In this document: one piece after another, positions 1 to 14,970 of the stretch | Numbering within the stretch: the stretch's first letter is position 1 | Layout: every line of letters starts with the position of its first letter | NCBI GenBank assembly: GCA_951406725.2 | Contig: OX597827.1 | Span: 82,894,001-82,958,000, forward strand | Length of the DNA stretch: 64,000 nucleotides | Direction of reading: 5' to 3' | Source of the DNA: Octopus vulgaris | Taxonomy: Eukaryota | Notes under the pieces: model-generated | What the model was told of the DNA's origin: nothing | The model's database searches: none | Seen by the model: only the letters and a program-made list of their open reading frames with translations | Program-made: the position numbers and the translations under genes

Positions 1-84
1 CAGATTAAAGAGGTGGCCAGAAGATCGATACCTGACATATATTCCCAGAGAGCTAACCTTAGCAAAAGCATGAGTAAAAACAGC

Positions 85-315
85 AGCAACTACAACCTCC
101 AGATGACTTTGGAATCTCCTGCAACGCTTCTGGATGGTCTCCTTGTTTAAATTGGTGAATGCTGTCATAATCCTTGCCTTCAGTTCACCTTTGGTGTTAC
201 AAGGAGTTTTGTTGGTCTCGTGCTCAACTGAGCCCCACACATAATAATCGAGGGGTTTGCAGTCTGGAGAGTTAGGAGGCCAGATGTTAGGGGTGATGTG
301 GTTGCAGAAATTGTC
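85..315 (-). mobile_element. Tc1/mariner-superfamily transposase C-terminal fragment
   Basis: Minus strand reads DNFCNHITPNIWPPNSPDCKPLDYYVWGSVEHETNKTPCNTKGELKARIMTAFTNLNKETIQKRCRRFQSHLEVVV; contains the WPPxSPDxxPLDY motif of ITm transposases. Confidence 0.85.
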
Positions 316-1394
316 TTATCCAACCATGGCAGATGCTCTGAGTAGCATTGGCAAAAAAAGACATTGCTTTGACTGAGTTGAAGTAGGGCACTGAAAAAAT
401 AATGAGAAAATCTAGATCATGTAATTATCTTATTAATATATTCAATGACAAATAAATTCAGTCCTCAGTTGAAGCTAAAGAGGATTACGGAATATTAATG
501 TGTTTTCAAAAATTTCCCAATAAATTCTGAAACACTTTCAAAATTTTGTGAATGTGTAAATGATGTTTCTCTTTTTTAAAAAGTGACATTAACTGAATTA
601 TTTTCAGATATAGTATTAAATTATCGATAAAAATTATGTTTATGTTGATATATTATATTTAAGAAAAATTTGTTAAAGTTTCTCAAATGTTCTGTTTGCA
701 AACCTTTTCACAGCAACATATATTTAGGTCTGTAGGTGCAGAGGTTGTTGTAGCCATGAATATTATAAACAAAACCTAAACTCAACCAAACGCTTCTGAT
801 AAAAGAATAATTCTTCATTTTCATTGCTAGACATTCTCTTCAAATGCTTTAAGCACAATCTCTTTAATACTTAGGATAATCTAATCTTCAATCAAAATGA
901 TTAACAATCACTTCAGGATTATGTGTTTGGAAGATGTAAACACAAAACCTTCTTTTTTTGTCTTAAAATAGTTTGTTCCTTAAAAAGTTAATCTCCTGTA
1001 TTTCTGTCTGGTTGATTACGTTTTTCAAGTCAGACAAAAAATCAAATTTTACAGATGACATTTGTCCACTAAATACTGCTGCATTCCTTCCCTGAGCATG
1101 TTTCCTCACAAAATTAATTTGACTTTATTAAATCACATCCCATTATACCTCTCTCCCATTCTAGAAGGGACTCAGGTCAGTGAGAGAGCCTCCATGGTGT
1201 CACTTGACTCGTTAGATGTAGCAGGTAAATCTGTCTCAAATCACACCCTACCAACTTAAAGATGAACCAAAACATTGGATGAAGTATGTGATAATCCCAA
1301 ATGGAAGACATTTGATCCTAAGTCTTCAGGATCATCCCCCAAAATTTTGGGCTTTGTATTTAGTTGAATTATTTATGGTGAAAGGTCAAATCTG

Positions 1395-1600
1395 TGTGAC
1401 AATGATGTTGTTTTTATTTTTCGAGCACCATCCAGAGTATTCAAATGGTTCCAAGCAGTGCTGTTTCTGCAAGTGCTCCATCCTTATTGCAGCCCCTATT
1501 TGTTCCAGGTACTTCTCAAGATTTTTACTCACTCTTCCCAGGGCTCCAACAATTATTGCTGCTACTACCACCTTTTACATCAACCACAACAGCTTAACCT
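1395..1600 (-). mobile_element. R4/Dong-like non-LTR retrotransposon 3' fragment (restriction-like endonuclease C-terminus)
   Basis: IIVGALGRVSKNLEKYLEQIGAAIRMEHLQK, then a frameshifted ALLGT-like end; next to an (ATT)n tract. Confidence 0.7.
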
Positions 1601-1620
1601 CCCAACCTAACCTGTCTATC

Positions 1621-1676
1621 ATTATTATTATTATTATTATTATTACTATTATTATTATTATTATTATTCTTATTAC

Positions 1677-1724
<48 letters not shown>

Positions 1725-1747
1725 GATTATTATTATTATTATTATTG
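1621..1747. repeat. (ATT)n microsatellite
   Basis: Directly visible. Confidence 0.97.
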
Positions 1748-1994
1748 AGTGAGTGAGAGAGCAGTGCATATCATCAAAGTGACACTGGGATACAAATATA
1801 CAAAGCCCATCTGATAAGGGTACACCAGGCACATCCATCACAGCCATATGTGTATGACATAGTAATCTCATATCAAGATAAGCAGTGTGTGTATGTTCTG
1901 AGTTCAAATCACACTAAGGATTTTCTCTTTCATCCCTCAATCTTGTTAAGATAAGCCTTCCTTTAAATCTGAGCCTTTGTGTCCATATAAGGAA

Positions 1995-2346
1995 TTTGTT
2001 TCAGTCCTTGGACTGTGGCTATGCTGGGGCAACATCTTGAAGGGGTTTTAGTTAAACAAATTGACTTCACTACTTATTTCAAAGGTCTCTTTTGATGAAC
2101 TACGAAGTTGCAGGAATATAAATAAACCAACACCCCTTGTCAAATGGTTGTGGCGGGAGACAAACACAGACATACTCATGCATGTGCATACACACACACA
2201 AACAACACACACATAGAAGAAGTCACATGCATGTGCATACACACACATACACACATAGAAGAAGTCACTTACCCAAGGTGTTGCACAGTGGGACTGAACC
2301 TAAATCTCCCACAGCTGAAACAGGAGCTTGTTAACCGCACAGCCAT
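1995..2346 (-). mobile_element. tRNA-derived SINE, family A (degenerate)
   Basis: tttcagtccttggactgtggctatgctggggca...cccaaggtgttgcacagtgggactgaacc; homologous to 57132-57548. Confidence 0.75.
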
Positions 2347-2423
2347 TTGAAAAAAAAACGTTAGAACAAAAATTATATAAAAGAAAGCATAATGGTTTAA
2401 TGATTCTTACTTGAGTAACATCT

Positions 2424-2650
2424 TCATCATCATCATCGTCATTCAAAATCTGTTTTCCATGATGGCATGGTTGGATGGTTTGACAGGAGCTGACCAGCTG
2501 GGGAGCTGTTCCAGGCCCCAATTGTCCGCTTTGACAATCCTTTCCTAATGCCAACCACTTTACAGAATGTACTGGGTGCATATTACGTGGCACCAGCACT
2601 GATGCTTTCAACATGGCACCAGCATGGGCGTTTTTTTCATGGCACCATCG
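2424..2650 (-). mobile_element. RTE-tail repeat (LINE 3' end or SINE tail) with (GAT)n tail
   Basis: catcatcatc...ttttccatg...gcatggttggatggtttgac...ttcctaatgccaaccac; family recurs about ten times in the window. Confidence 0.75.
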
Positions 2651-3656
2651 GATCATAATAAAGGTGAAACATTAATACTTTGGCAGATGAATTATTATTT
2701 ATATTTCCTTTCATCAAAATCACTAAACACCTGTAATATGGTGGAAGGAAAAACTTTGGTGACTCTACTTCTTTCTTCTAAAATTTCCTAATCAAGAGAA
2801 TAATTATATTCCATTAATTCCCCCTCTTTAATTACAAAGTAATTCAAAGACAAAATATTCACAACAATGGGTTTCATATTTTCGTTTTTCGTTTTTAATG
2901 TAAAGATTATATTTACAAATAATTTAGAATCTTACGTAAAGTTATTTCAAACATAACTTGAGGTATTTTGTTTGCTTCAACAACCAATATAAAGCTTTGA
3001 TTAACAATTAAATAACGCCTCATCACATGTCATCCGATGACAGTAGAAGGAGTTTGCTTAAACCATCGTATAAAAACAAAACATGACCTTGCTCCTTTTT
3101 GAAATTCTCAGATGTTTTCTCAGTTTTGTTCTTTAGAAGTGATTTAACGAATAATACTCATGGAATCATGAGATTTGTAATTATTGTAAATAAATAAAAT
3201 TTGGAAAAACTGATTAATTTAACTTCAAATTAAATTTGTTTGTTTTTGTTTTTTATTAAAATAATTATTATTGTTATTTTATTACTAAATACATGCACAT
3301 GTGTGCCTGGCTGTCTTTCACATATATTCATGTATGTGTGCACATGCTGCATGCATGCGTGTGTGTGTGTGTGTGTGTGCACATGCTGCATGCATGCGTG
3401 TGTGTGTGTGTGTAATGGGGTGGGTAGAGATAGCAACATTTAAAAGACATGAATTCTTCTTCTTTTAAAACAGCTTCTCTTTATTGTTCTGCAATGCGTA
3501 GCAAAAAAGTTGGGGTAAAACCTGATAAAAACAGGAAAATTCAAACAGCTATTTCCAAAAGTCTGTTTTTCTAGTTTCCAGTAGGGGGGGTAGGTGGGGC
3601 ACAGTGAGTAATATTTACAGCATTTTTAACTCTGAATAAAACATATTTTTCACAAA

Positions 3657-4290
3657 TGTTCACTACTTTACAAAAACTATCAACAGTAGAGTTCGTTAGA
3701 CAAGTAAGACCACGACTATCTATGAGTATCTACTTCATACACTCTCTCTATACTGACCAACATCACCTTATTTATAATGACAAGAACATACCACTTGTCA
3801 CATGGGAGGGGTGTTCTATTATTACTTTTATCCCCACAACATCTCCCCTTTTAAGTTTTTCTTCTTTGCTTAGAGTGTATCATTTTATTTCTTTTAATAA
3901 CAATACTTTTTATATCACTTCACCTCCTTCTTTGAGTATTTTTTCTTAGTTACACATTTAATATTTTTTCCATTTGGAATCTACTTCCAGGAAATCCATA
4001 CATTTTCTTTTTCTTACGCTTGTGCATCTGGGTTCAATCACCTGTGGTGACATTGTACTTAAAAAGAATTTTATAAACATTCCATTGGTTCTTCCATTCT
4101 CATGGGTTCACTCTCAACAAATCTTTGTTACAGTTGGTTCATGTGTCTCTTGTAGACGCCTTTTCTACTTTTTACCAAGAATAGCACTTTTCTTATGTGT
4201 TTGGTGATCATGCCATCTTCCCAACTCGGTTTTCCATTCCTAAATGCTCTCACAAATACATTTTTACCAATTTTGAAAAATCTTGCTGTA
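3657..4290 (-). mobile_element. Gypsy-type LTR retrotransposon 3' remnant: integrase C-terminus, polypurine tract, ~185-bp 3' LTR
   Basis: Minus strand FKIGKNVFVRAFRNGKPSWEDGMI...VYKRHMNQL resembles the GPY/F integrase tail. Purine tract AAAAGGGGAGA (3852-3842) is followed directly by TGTTG at 3841; the putative LTR ends ...GAACA at 3657. Confidence 0.7.
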
Positions 4291-4736
4291 TTTTCCATTG
4301 AGTCAGTAGTTGTAGGGGCACTCAGAGCACTAACAGCCAACTTTGAGAAATATGAAATCAGAATTGACATGAGAGCAGCCTAAAAATGGAAGGACAGTGT
4401 GGATACTTCACTTGTACATACATTTTGAGAAAAGGGATATAGTCAATTAAATTAACCCCAGTACATGACTGGTATAGACCCTGAAATGATGACATGCAGA
4501 ACTGAGCATTTTAATACTGGAGTGAAACCAGTAGTAACATTCAACAGCCACTTTGATGTGGGGCACTGGGTTTACTGTTCAATAACAACAACAACAACAA
4601 TAATAATAATGATGATGATAGTTTTTTATGTTAGCTTAGTCACACATTCAAAGGAGGGTACTGTTGATATCGACCCCAATTCTTGATTAATATAGATATA
4701 TACATACATAAATACATTCATACATACATATACAAG

Positions 4737-4791
<55 letters not shown>

Positions 4792-4963
4792 ACACATTAA
4801 ATAGCACCACTTATCACTACTGTACACATATTAGATATAATATTTTCTAATTTCATGATAACAGAAAAAAGACAAACCAAATTCCGGCACAAACCCAAGG
4901 TTCACAGAACTGTGCTCAATTGGACAGTGAAAAGCACACAATAAAAATAACACTGGCAAAATA

Positions 4964-5045
4964 TTAATAATAATAATAATAACAAGAAGAAGAATAATAA
5001 TAATAATAAGAAGAAGAAGAACAAGAACAATAATAATAATAATAA

Positions 5046-5076
<31 letters not shown>

Positions 5077-5082
5077 AAGAAG

Positions 5083-5118
<36 letters not shown>

Positions 5119-5148
5119 AATAATGATAATGATAATAATAATAATAAT
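4964..5148. repeat. Compound (AAT)n/(AAG)n/(AAC)n microsatellite
   Basis: Directly visible. Confidence 0.95.
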
Positions 5149-5825
5149 GAGAAAAAGGTTAGCAATAAAATGTTGTTAATGAAGTGTGGTGTAGAGGTTA
5201 TTGTGAAAGCTATAAAGATCAGAGAAACCAAAGCTGTTTGGTTACTGACTACAGAATAGTTGTCATATCTTGTGACTTCTAAAACGCTATCATTTATTTA
5301 CTTGCCCATAAGAGAACATTAGTCTCTGCTTACTAGCAACATAAAAAAAGACTATAACATATAATCCACCGATACTTCTGCTTCAATTATGAAGCAATGA
5401 TTTTTATAGCAGACATTTTGGGAAAATATTAGACTTTCTGTGCAATAATTTGTTTTACGACTTCTTTGCTAAAAATCACAGATCTTAATTTCTTCATGAC
5501 TGACTAATTTAGGAGAGAATGATTATTATTGTTGATGGTAATAAATAGAGTGGTGCAGTGGTAGGTTTTGTTCAGCTGCGTTGATTTGGAGTCAAAATAG
5601 TTCCATTCATTGGAGTAGCATCAATAGGAGAAATTCTTATTCCCCTTTAACCATATTTCTAAAGTTCCTATTTAAAAAAACAGACTAGCATCATAACACA
5701 GGGCACTTCATATCATCAACTGTTCTTGGACGAAAATTCAAGGTTTCATGATTATCTTAGAAATCATTGCTACTTTTAGTAAGGATGGCAAATGGCAGAA
5801 AGTTAAGGATTGGCAGAACTTATAG

Positions 5826-5945
5826 ACTGAGGTTGACTTTGCCTTTCATCCTTTCGGGGTCGATAAATTAAGTACCAGTTATGCACTGGGGTCGATGTAA
5901 TCGACTTAACTCCTTTGCCTGTCCTTGTTTGTCCCCCCCCCTATG
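5826..5945 (+). mobile_element. tRNA-derived SINE, family B (partial)
   Basis: gttgactttgcctttcatcctttcggggtcgataaattaagtaccag core, shared with 22630-22860. Confidence 0.8.
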
Positions 5946-6264
5946 GTGTATTGAACTCTTAGAGGAGTCTGCCTGTTCACATCATTATCTGGGTTAATAT
6001 TGCTTTCCATCATTATAAAAAATGGTTTTCTACAGGATTTTCTCCCCAAGAATATTTAGAATAGTGAGTATTTTATGTACAAGGGTTACCCCCAAGTACA
6101 ATGCCAACTCTAACTTGGTTACTGGCCAAGGCTAAGGGATGCCAAGTTCTTCCTGTGTAATCTGCTGCCAGACATTCACAGATTCAAGGGCTACACTGGT
6201 CTAAGCAGAGTAGGGGTCGTACCAATTCCCTGAGTTGTTTATGTCAACAGCCACATACTCATTT

Positions 6265-6302
<38 letters not shown>

Positions 6303-8264
6303 AATTATTACTATTATTATTATTATTATTCTGAAAGCCTCTCAGATAGTTCTTAGTTACCAGTTGTTGTTTACTTGATAGCAGGCAACAACAAATCACC
6401 AAAGGTTTCAAGTAATGCCTTCTCTTGTGACTCAAAGAGACAATACCATCCTTAGAATGTGAGATGTACCCAACAATGCTGTCTTCTGGATCAATTAGAC
6501 TTGAGAAGGGTTGCAGAACAGCAACTGGAGAACCAAAGAGCAAAAGCAAAGAATGTTTAATCATGGAAATGAAAGAAGCATCAGAAAGGAAGCTGAGAAC
6601 AAATTTCAACAAATAATAAAACAAAAAAAGATTGTTGCTGCATCTGACTCTGATTATTTGGTGTGGTGGTCAGATGAGGAAAAGAAAAGAACATGAACTG
6701 AAAGGACATGGACTTTCCCTGATGGCATTGGTGCTACTTGACACCACTTAAGGAAACAAGTGCCATTCTCCACTCCCGACAAGTGATTTAAGGAATGACC
6801 CACAGTGCAAGCTGTGTAAAGGATGTACTCTGTAACCCTCTTTATTATAAAAAAGGACTTTGATGCATCACAACTTTCTAAAAGCTGTTACTAATTTGAT
6901 AAAATGAGCTGTAGAAGGAAAGAAAAGGTAATTCCGAAACAAGGGTCTCACCTGCTCTCATTAATATCCTACAAGATGAAGTCAAAGCATAACGATGAAG
7001 ATGGAATAGAATTGTCATTATAAATAGTTATATGTTGCTTGAGTGGTCGTCTGTAAGTTCCTTTCTTTGGCTTTCATCAACAGGAAATATTTCTGATCAA
7101 AATCCCATAATGTATTCGTTAACATAATTGCCATCCAATCCCTGCTTTATTACTTCGTCAATGCCATTGTTTACCACCAGGATGACTCCCACCCACTTCT
7201 CACTGCCACCTCCCCTACCTCACTACCATATACGCTAATATCACCACCCTTCTTCTCCCACACCTCTCAACCACCAACACCACCACCATGAAAGGGAAAA
7301 CAAACAGATTTCCCTCTGACATGTCTAATCGGGATTCTTTAGTTAGAATTTGTAACCACAATAAATTCAACAAACTCAACAAAAAACATAAAATGCTGAC
7401 ATAAATTTACAAATTATAGAAATAGACAACACAAAATCTCTGCTGGAATTCTTTTAAGTCAGCTGGGGTTTTTTTTTATTTTTTATGCTTTTTCATGTTT
7501 GTTTTCTTTCCACTTTCCCCATCATCACCAAAAACAAAACACTACCTTTAAAGATCAGTTATTTTATAAACAGATAACATATTAGCAGAAAGTAAGGAGA
7601 TGTTGTGTGTATCCCTCTGCTATTATACTCTGAAATTCAAATGAAAGCCATTCATTAATTCAGTCCCTTGACCTGTTCTGCTATTCAGGTGACGATGGAA
7701 GCAGAAACAGGCAGGCTTCTTCAGCAGTTCCACTGCTTTGTATTAGAGGAGGCAAAAATGTCTAATTTACTGTATTTAATGACATTTCATAACTATGCAT
7801 GTTCTTCCAACATGAATCATAGTTACAAGAGGGAGAGAGAGGGAGAGAGAGAGAGACAGACGGACAGACAAACATAGACGAAGAGTGAGGTGAGAGGCAG
7901 AGGTGGGAGGATTAAGGCTTCAAAGCCTTTAAAGCTTGACAAAAATAACTGTAGAGGCTATATTTATGTGTATAAAGAGAACAGCATTAAACAACTTCAC
8001 TGCATTAACAAGCAATGGTCGGCTGTAATTTGCATTTCTACCGTTAATCTGCTGGTTTGTTTTAATATTAGTTTGGTCCTGATTATCTTCTAAAGAATTT
8101 AATGGTTACATTTCTATTGAGACACAGCTAATAATGATGATGATGATGATGATGATGATTTCTTTTCTTAGCCTCAAGGGGCCAAGACATCGATGACAAT
8201 ACAAGGAGGAAAAGCAAACGCACAAAAACAGGGTTTACTTTGAGTAAAAAGGAAGTTTTTTTCA

Positions 8265-8800
8265 TTCACTTGCTTCAGTCATTTGACTGTGGCCATGCTG
8301 GAGCACTGCCTTTAGTCAAACAAATCAATGGCAGGACTTACTCTATTGGTCTCTTTTGTCAAACTACTAAGTTATGGGGGTGTAAATACACCAACATTGG
8401 GTGTAAGCAATGGTAAGGGAACAAACACACACACAAACATATACATACGCACACATATATGTGTGTGTGTGTGTGTGTATAAAGTGGATGAGTTCCTTTC
8501 AAGCATTGGGCCTTACAGAGGCAATGACCAAGACGTTTGGCATTAGGCCCTTCTTGAAAAGAAGACCCATCAAGCTGAGCAAAATCACAGTCATGGCAGA
8601 TATCAGTGTCACACAAATGGCTCTTGTACTGGCGGCACATAAAAGCACCCATTATACTCTCAGAGTGGTTGGCATTAGGAAGGGCATCCAACTGTAGAAA
8701 ACCATTCTAAATCAGACCAGAGTCTGGTGCAGCCTTCCAGCTTACCAGCCCCGGTCAAACTATCCAACCCATGTCAGCATGGACAATGAACATTAAATGA
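8265..8800. mobile_element. SINE family A fragment (-) followed by RTE-tail repeat (+)
   Basis: cagtcatttgactgtggccatgctggagcac..., then an LGLTEAMT-coding RTE end and gagtggttggcattaggaagggcatcc...catggacaatgaacattaaatga. Confidence 0.75.
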
Positions 8801-9961
8801 CATATACACACATATTATTTACCTCTTTTTAACAGAAATAATTTTTCCAAAGCTCATTCTGAGAAAAAATTCGATCCACTGCCATCTTTTGATGTCAAGG
8901 GAAATTTAATTAACTTTCTCATTGTTTCATAAACAGAGGTCTATAACTTTTCTCTTCGCCTTCCTTTCAGTTATTTCCTGCAACAAAAATAGCCTTGGGT
9001 TTTGCCAAATTCTCACTTTTACATTTTTTAGTTGCAGCTGTGATGATAGGTTTAAAAGTTCTGACTATTTTAGTGAAAAATATTCATCAAACCTTAAACA
9101 ATTCTATGGGAAGTATGAGCTGTCCATAAAGAAAAAGTCTGAGATTTTGTGCCTAACTACAGATAGCAAGTCTGTTATAAGAATATATTTCCAACACAGA
9201 AACTTGGAATGCCATGCAAAATCTCAAAGCAGCTCAATATAAAAGAACAATTTGGTGATCATTTACAAAATAAAGACCTCAAAATATCAGAGACATTTCC
9301 TGTCTATCCTGAATGAAAACTTGTAACATTTTTACTCAATTCAAACTTTATCTGTCTGTTGACGTTCTATGTTTCTCCACTGCTGGAAAGGTGGAGGCAG
9401 ATGAGAGATTGGAGGACTGGAAATATAGCATTTTCTTATTCTCTATCAGGAACATATTTGAGTTCCACCTGACATTTCCTACCTAAGCTGGGTACAAGGA
9501 ATGGTTAGATGGTAATAGCATGATTAAAGAGTACTTTCTGTTTTTGTAAATGGTTATTTAATGAACAAGAAGGTCTGCTGAAGTATTTAGTCCAAAGCTC
9601 ACAGAAATAAAACAGGTGAACTTCAAAGCTCCTTTGTCCTTCTATTCTTCTTCTTTCTAGAACAACCTACTTTCAATCACCCAAAGCAATACAACATGGT
9701 TCACCTTGTTAAACTACTTCTGTACTTTATAACCAACAAGGAAGGCTCTTCATGGCCATACAACTTGCTAGAAATATCAGTCAAGTTTTGTTCGTATTAA
9801 TACGAGAACCCTTTTGAATAAAGAAGGACACGTTGAATGAAGTAATCAGTGATATCTTAAAGATGAAATTATCACATTTGCTACCATTTTAGGTTGAAGG
9901 TCTGCTTGGGCAAAACTGACCTGAGGCTAAATCAAGTAACGTAGTCTAGGGTACACATCAC

Positions 9962-9994
<33 letters not shown>

Positions 9995-10425
9995 TTAGCG
10001 TCCATTGTCCATGCTGACATGGGCTGGACAGTTTGACCGGGTTGGCACACTGGAAGGCTGCAACAGACTCCAGTCTTATTTGGCATGGTTTTCTACTGCT
10101 GGATGCCCTTCCTAACGCCAACCACTGTGAGAGTGTAATGGGTGCTTTTACATGCCACTGACGTGGGTGCCATTTGCGTAACACCAGGGTGCTTTTATGT
10201 GCCATTTGTGTGATACCGATATCTGCCATGACTGCAATTTAGCTCAGCTTGATGGGTCTTCTTCTCAAGCAAGACATAATGCCTAAAGTCAGTGTCAAAT
10301 ACCTTCGTGAGGACCAACACTCAAAAGGAACTCAGCCACTTTGCCTCCATGAGGCCCAACACTCGAAAGGTGCCGGTTACCATGATTATGATTTCATTTG
10401 ACTTGATGGATCCCCTCAAGCACAA
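9962..10425 (-). mobile_element. RTE-tail repeat
   Basis: (CAT)n, tttagcgtcc...gctggatgcccttcctaacgccaaccac..., with internal short duplications. Confidence 0.8.
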
Positions 10426-13171
10426 CACACAATGCTTAGAAATGTGGAAATAAAGAAGACTGGGTAGCCATGTGATATTTAGGCCTAAACAGCAACTTCC
10501 GTGTTGTCTTCTCACAGGTCACAGCTTTACGTAACCCTAACATTTCATTCCAGACATGAGCCCCACTCAATGATAAGAAACCTTGAACTCTCCTACAATC
10601 ACATTCAGAAAACCCAGTCAAAACAAAACTCAGGAATCAAACATCTCCACACAAAGCAAGTGCACAACACAATCTTCTTGCTGACCTCAAGCAACACAAA
10701 TACCACCCTTTCCACACCTGAATTGCTAAACTTTACAATCTTTGATAACCTGACATAAATCAGAGTCCTTGTTTTTCTTATCATTCTTTGAGTGTCTCAC
10801 TTCTCTCCACCCCATTACTTGACATGAATTCACTTCTTCTTCCCCAGACCTATGTTCTTCTGGCATTCCCTTCTCATCCTTGTATCATCTTCTACAACTA
10901 ACCTACATTGTTTTAGGTTTTTTTCTCTTTTTTTCCGTTTTAATTTTTTCAGTAGTTTTTTCTCTGTTTTGTCCAATTTTCTAATTTAATTTTGTAAAAC
11001 TAGATTAATAAAAAGAAACTCAATTATAAGAAAAAACCTACATTAACAATATGAGCCCCACCCACTCTCCTTATTCACAGGAAAATCCCAAAAGGCTTTG
11101 GTCTTTGTTCCTTTTCTTTGGACCAATTAATAAATATAAAATGGAAAAATATTCATTTTGATGCAGTTTTAGATAGCAAAGGTTAATCGAAATGTTTTGC
11201 AGTGGAAACTAAAAACGAAGATCTGGTGTTGTAAATATGAGCAGAATAAAGCAATTAGTTTTGGAGAAGTGGAAGCTGTTGAAGGAATGGGGAAACTAGA
11301 AGACATTTTGTTGTTGATGAGAGGTCAAAGGTGAAGTTGGGGGGCAAATTTGACTGTTTTTGTTTGTTTTGTTTTCTAATCTCATTCATTAAAAAGAAGG
11401 AGAATACTAATTGTTCTGCTGATTATAATGAAGATATTAGGTTATTTTAATTGATACTGACTGATTAAAAACAGTTATATTTGATTTAATCAACAGAACA
11501 AGTAGTATTTTTTTATCTTTAGCTTTTTGTTGAGAGAAAATTTTATTGCTTGAGACATTTAACATCTCTCAGTTGCAATAACTTCTTCAGATTCCAGTAA
11601 AACCACATTGTCTTTCACATTTGAATCCTGAAAGAAAAAGACTCAAAGGATCTTTTGTTTGTCTTTTTTTTTTTTTACTAATCATTTGAATGGAATTGGA
11701 ATTCTAAGAACAAATGGATTGAACAAAGCATTGCAGAATAAAATATTTGTTTATTAAAGTCAGATATATTTTTACAGATTTTGAGAAAAAATATGCCCTT
11801 CTTCTTATGAAAATGAGACTTTGGTGTCGAAGAATCAGTTGGTTTCATTTTCAAAGGGTTAAACCACAACATTTCTAGGAGTATCATCAAAGTTTCCCTC
11901 CAAAATGACAATACAAAAGAGGGGCTGGGAATAGGTATGTGAGATGTCAATGGAGATTTTAGTCAATGACCTTCTCCTTAATTCTAGAGATGTAAGGAGA
12001 GATTATAATGAAATCAATCCAATATTTTTTGATATTGATTCAGTGACAGGTTTGGAGAGAAACAACGAAGATTTGCAAATTAATTGTAATGACACATTAA
12101 CTTTGAAAAATCAAAGTCACAAGATATTTCCTTTCCCGCCACAACAAACATCCGGCCATTAAGCGAGCCTTTTCATGGCTGCTCAACCTGCTGAAAATAG
12201 CAATCAAATTTCTGAAATCTTATCCTACCACATTGCTTAATGAAGTCATAGTTCCACCAAGTCTGAAAAAAAGGATGTCTGGAACCTCATTGGCTCTAAA
12301 TCTATTAGATAACAGCCAATGCAGTGTGTTGATCAACAGACAGACAAATATCTTCACAGACACATGTTCACTTGCAAAAAGTGTTTTATTTTGAAAATAA
12401 TGCTTTCGAAAATAAAAATTTAATATTGTAAAAAATTCTTGCAACAAATTTTCTTATATTTTTAACATTTTCCAAAACACAGTTTAAAGATAATCTTCTG
12501 CTGATGAGAAAATATTTTGAACACCAGTTTTGAAAGACTATTAAATAATACAAAAAAAAAAAAAATTAATTAGATGAATGAAAACTCAAATTCTTTGGAG
12601 AATTAATTTCAGAATATTTTTTTTTTCTAAATAGATTAAATCGATTGCCATATGGCTGAGAAGGAATTATTACACAGTTAATGATTAAATAACTAAATCG
12701 AATTGAAATTTGACTGAATAGCTGCTAGTTATGTAACTGAGTCAATGAAGAGTAAGACATGAGGATGCGGTCCTAAAAGTCAGGTTTTCAGAAATGCTTA
12801 GAATAATCCTGTAATGAGATTTCTATAAAAAGAAGACTGAGCACCTGCCACATGGTTGATCAATCAAGATTAACTTGGATTAACATCTAGATGTTGCAAG
12901 CCACTATCAACAAGGCCACCACCACCACTATCATCCTCTTTGTCCTGACCATCATCAATCATCACCATCAGTATCACATTCTATGGTAATGTGAGTTGAT
13001 CTAACCAAAAGTATATGCCAGACTAGAATCAGAAGTCTGTGATTCTTGTGTTCAGTTGAGCAATCTATTATCCTTGCCTTGGTCAGGGATCTACACATTT
13101 TAGCCTAAGATGCATGAAACTGCTTTGAAGCCAGCTAACGTTTACTATTCTTGGTATACAAGCAAAAAATA

Positions 13172-13350
13172 TTCTTTTCTACTATAGGCACAAGGCACAA
13201 AATTTTGGGGGAGGGGGCCAGTCAATTAGATCAACCCCAGTATGTAACTGGGGCAAAGTTGACCTCAGTGGAATTTGAACTCAGAACATAAAGACAGACA
13301 AAAGACCATTAAACATTTTGCCCGAAGTGCTAACGTTTCTGCCAGCCCCC
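13172..13350 (-). mobile_element. SINE family B
   Basis: ggcaaagttgacctcagtggaatttgaactcagaac...gctaacgtttctgccagc (B-box and A-box on minus strand). Confidence 0.8.
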
Positions 13351-13856
13351 CCCCCCCCACCTTATATAAGCACAAAATAATAATAATATGGATTTCTAAC
13401 CGAAGCTCAAGACCAGACGTTTTGTGTTGGGAAGAATTGGTTTCATCAACACCAGTTCTTGATGAGTTTGTGATTTTGCTGAACCGAATCGATCCAGGTT
13501 TCATTACTGACTCAAAGAAAGAGAGCAAAGTCAGGCACTGTACAAATGGTGCAATGTCTGACTCAGTGCTTAGAGTCATCTCTTTACAAATCTGAGATCA
13601 AATCCTGCCAGGATCAACATTTTACTAGGATCAATAAAACAATTACTGGGGGCAATTCAGTCAGGTGTATCGTCATGGCTCAGTGACGAATCATTATCAT
13701 AACTTGATAGATCCAGTGTATGAAAGCAATTGTTGTGAGAGAAATCCCTCACCAAGGAATATCCTTTTGGTTGAAGAAAATTCAATATAATTGATAATTA
13801 TGTAATTATATAACACTGAATGACAATTAGCTATTATAATAACAATTAGCTATCAT

Positions 13857-14190
13857 ATGGCTCAGCGGTTAGAGTATTGGGCTCATAATCATGAGGAAGT
13901 GAGTTCAATTCCCGGACCAGGCTCTGTGTTCTGTTCTTGAGCAAGACACTTTATTTCACGTTGCTCCAGTTCACTCAGCTGTAGAAATGAGTTGTGGTGT
14001 CACTGGGGCCAAGCTGTATCGGCCCCTTTCCTTTGCCATTGGATAACATCGATGGTGGGGAGAAGGGGTGGCATGGTAGGCATGTGTTTTGTCTTCCACA
14101 AAACAACCTTGCTGAGACTTGTGCATTGGAGAGGAACTTTCTAGGGGCAATCACATGGTCATCCATGGCTGAAGGCGGTCTTTACCCTTC
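13857..14190 (+). mobile_element. tRNA-derived SINE, family C (CORE-like)
   Basis: A-box TGGCTCAGCGG, B-box GAGTTCAATTCCC, then cttgagcaagacacttt...cactcagctgtagaaatgag. Confidence 0.75.
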
Positions 14191-14199
14191 TACCCTTTC

Positions 14200-14257
<58 letters not shown>

Positions 14258-14264
14258 CTTTTAT

Positions 14265-14578
14265 TCTTTTACTTGTTTCAGTCATTTGACTGCAGCCATA
14301 CTGGAGCACTGCCTTGAAGAGTTTTAGTCAAACAAATCAACCCCAGGACTTTGTAAGTCCAGTACTTACTCTATTGCTCTTTTTTGCTGAACTGCTAAGT
14401 TACAGGGACATAAACACACCAGCACACACAAAAACATACACAAATATATATAGGATGGGCTTCTTTCAGTTTCCAGCTACCAAATCCATTCGACTCTTGC
14501 CTAAGGTGTCCATGTAGTGGGAATGAAACCAAAACCATGTGGTTGGAAAGCAGGCTACTTACCACACAGCCACACCTA
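14265..14578 (-). mobile_element. SINE family A
   Basis: Homologous to 57132-57548. Confidence 0.8.
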
Positions 14579-14583
14579 GTATA

Positions 14584-14970
<387 letters not shown>

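Noticed and set aside
6480-6870. Possible PIF/Harbinger transposase relic (ATGE, WTFPDGIGA-like words)
   Set aside because: Too degenerate; no continuous frame or TIRs that I can support.
13857-13920. tRNA gene
   Set aside because: A and B boxes are present, but the sequence runs into a SINE body and does not form a proper cloverleaf.
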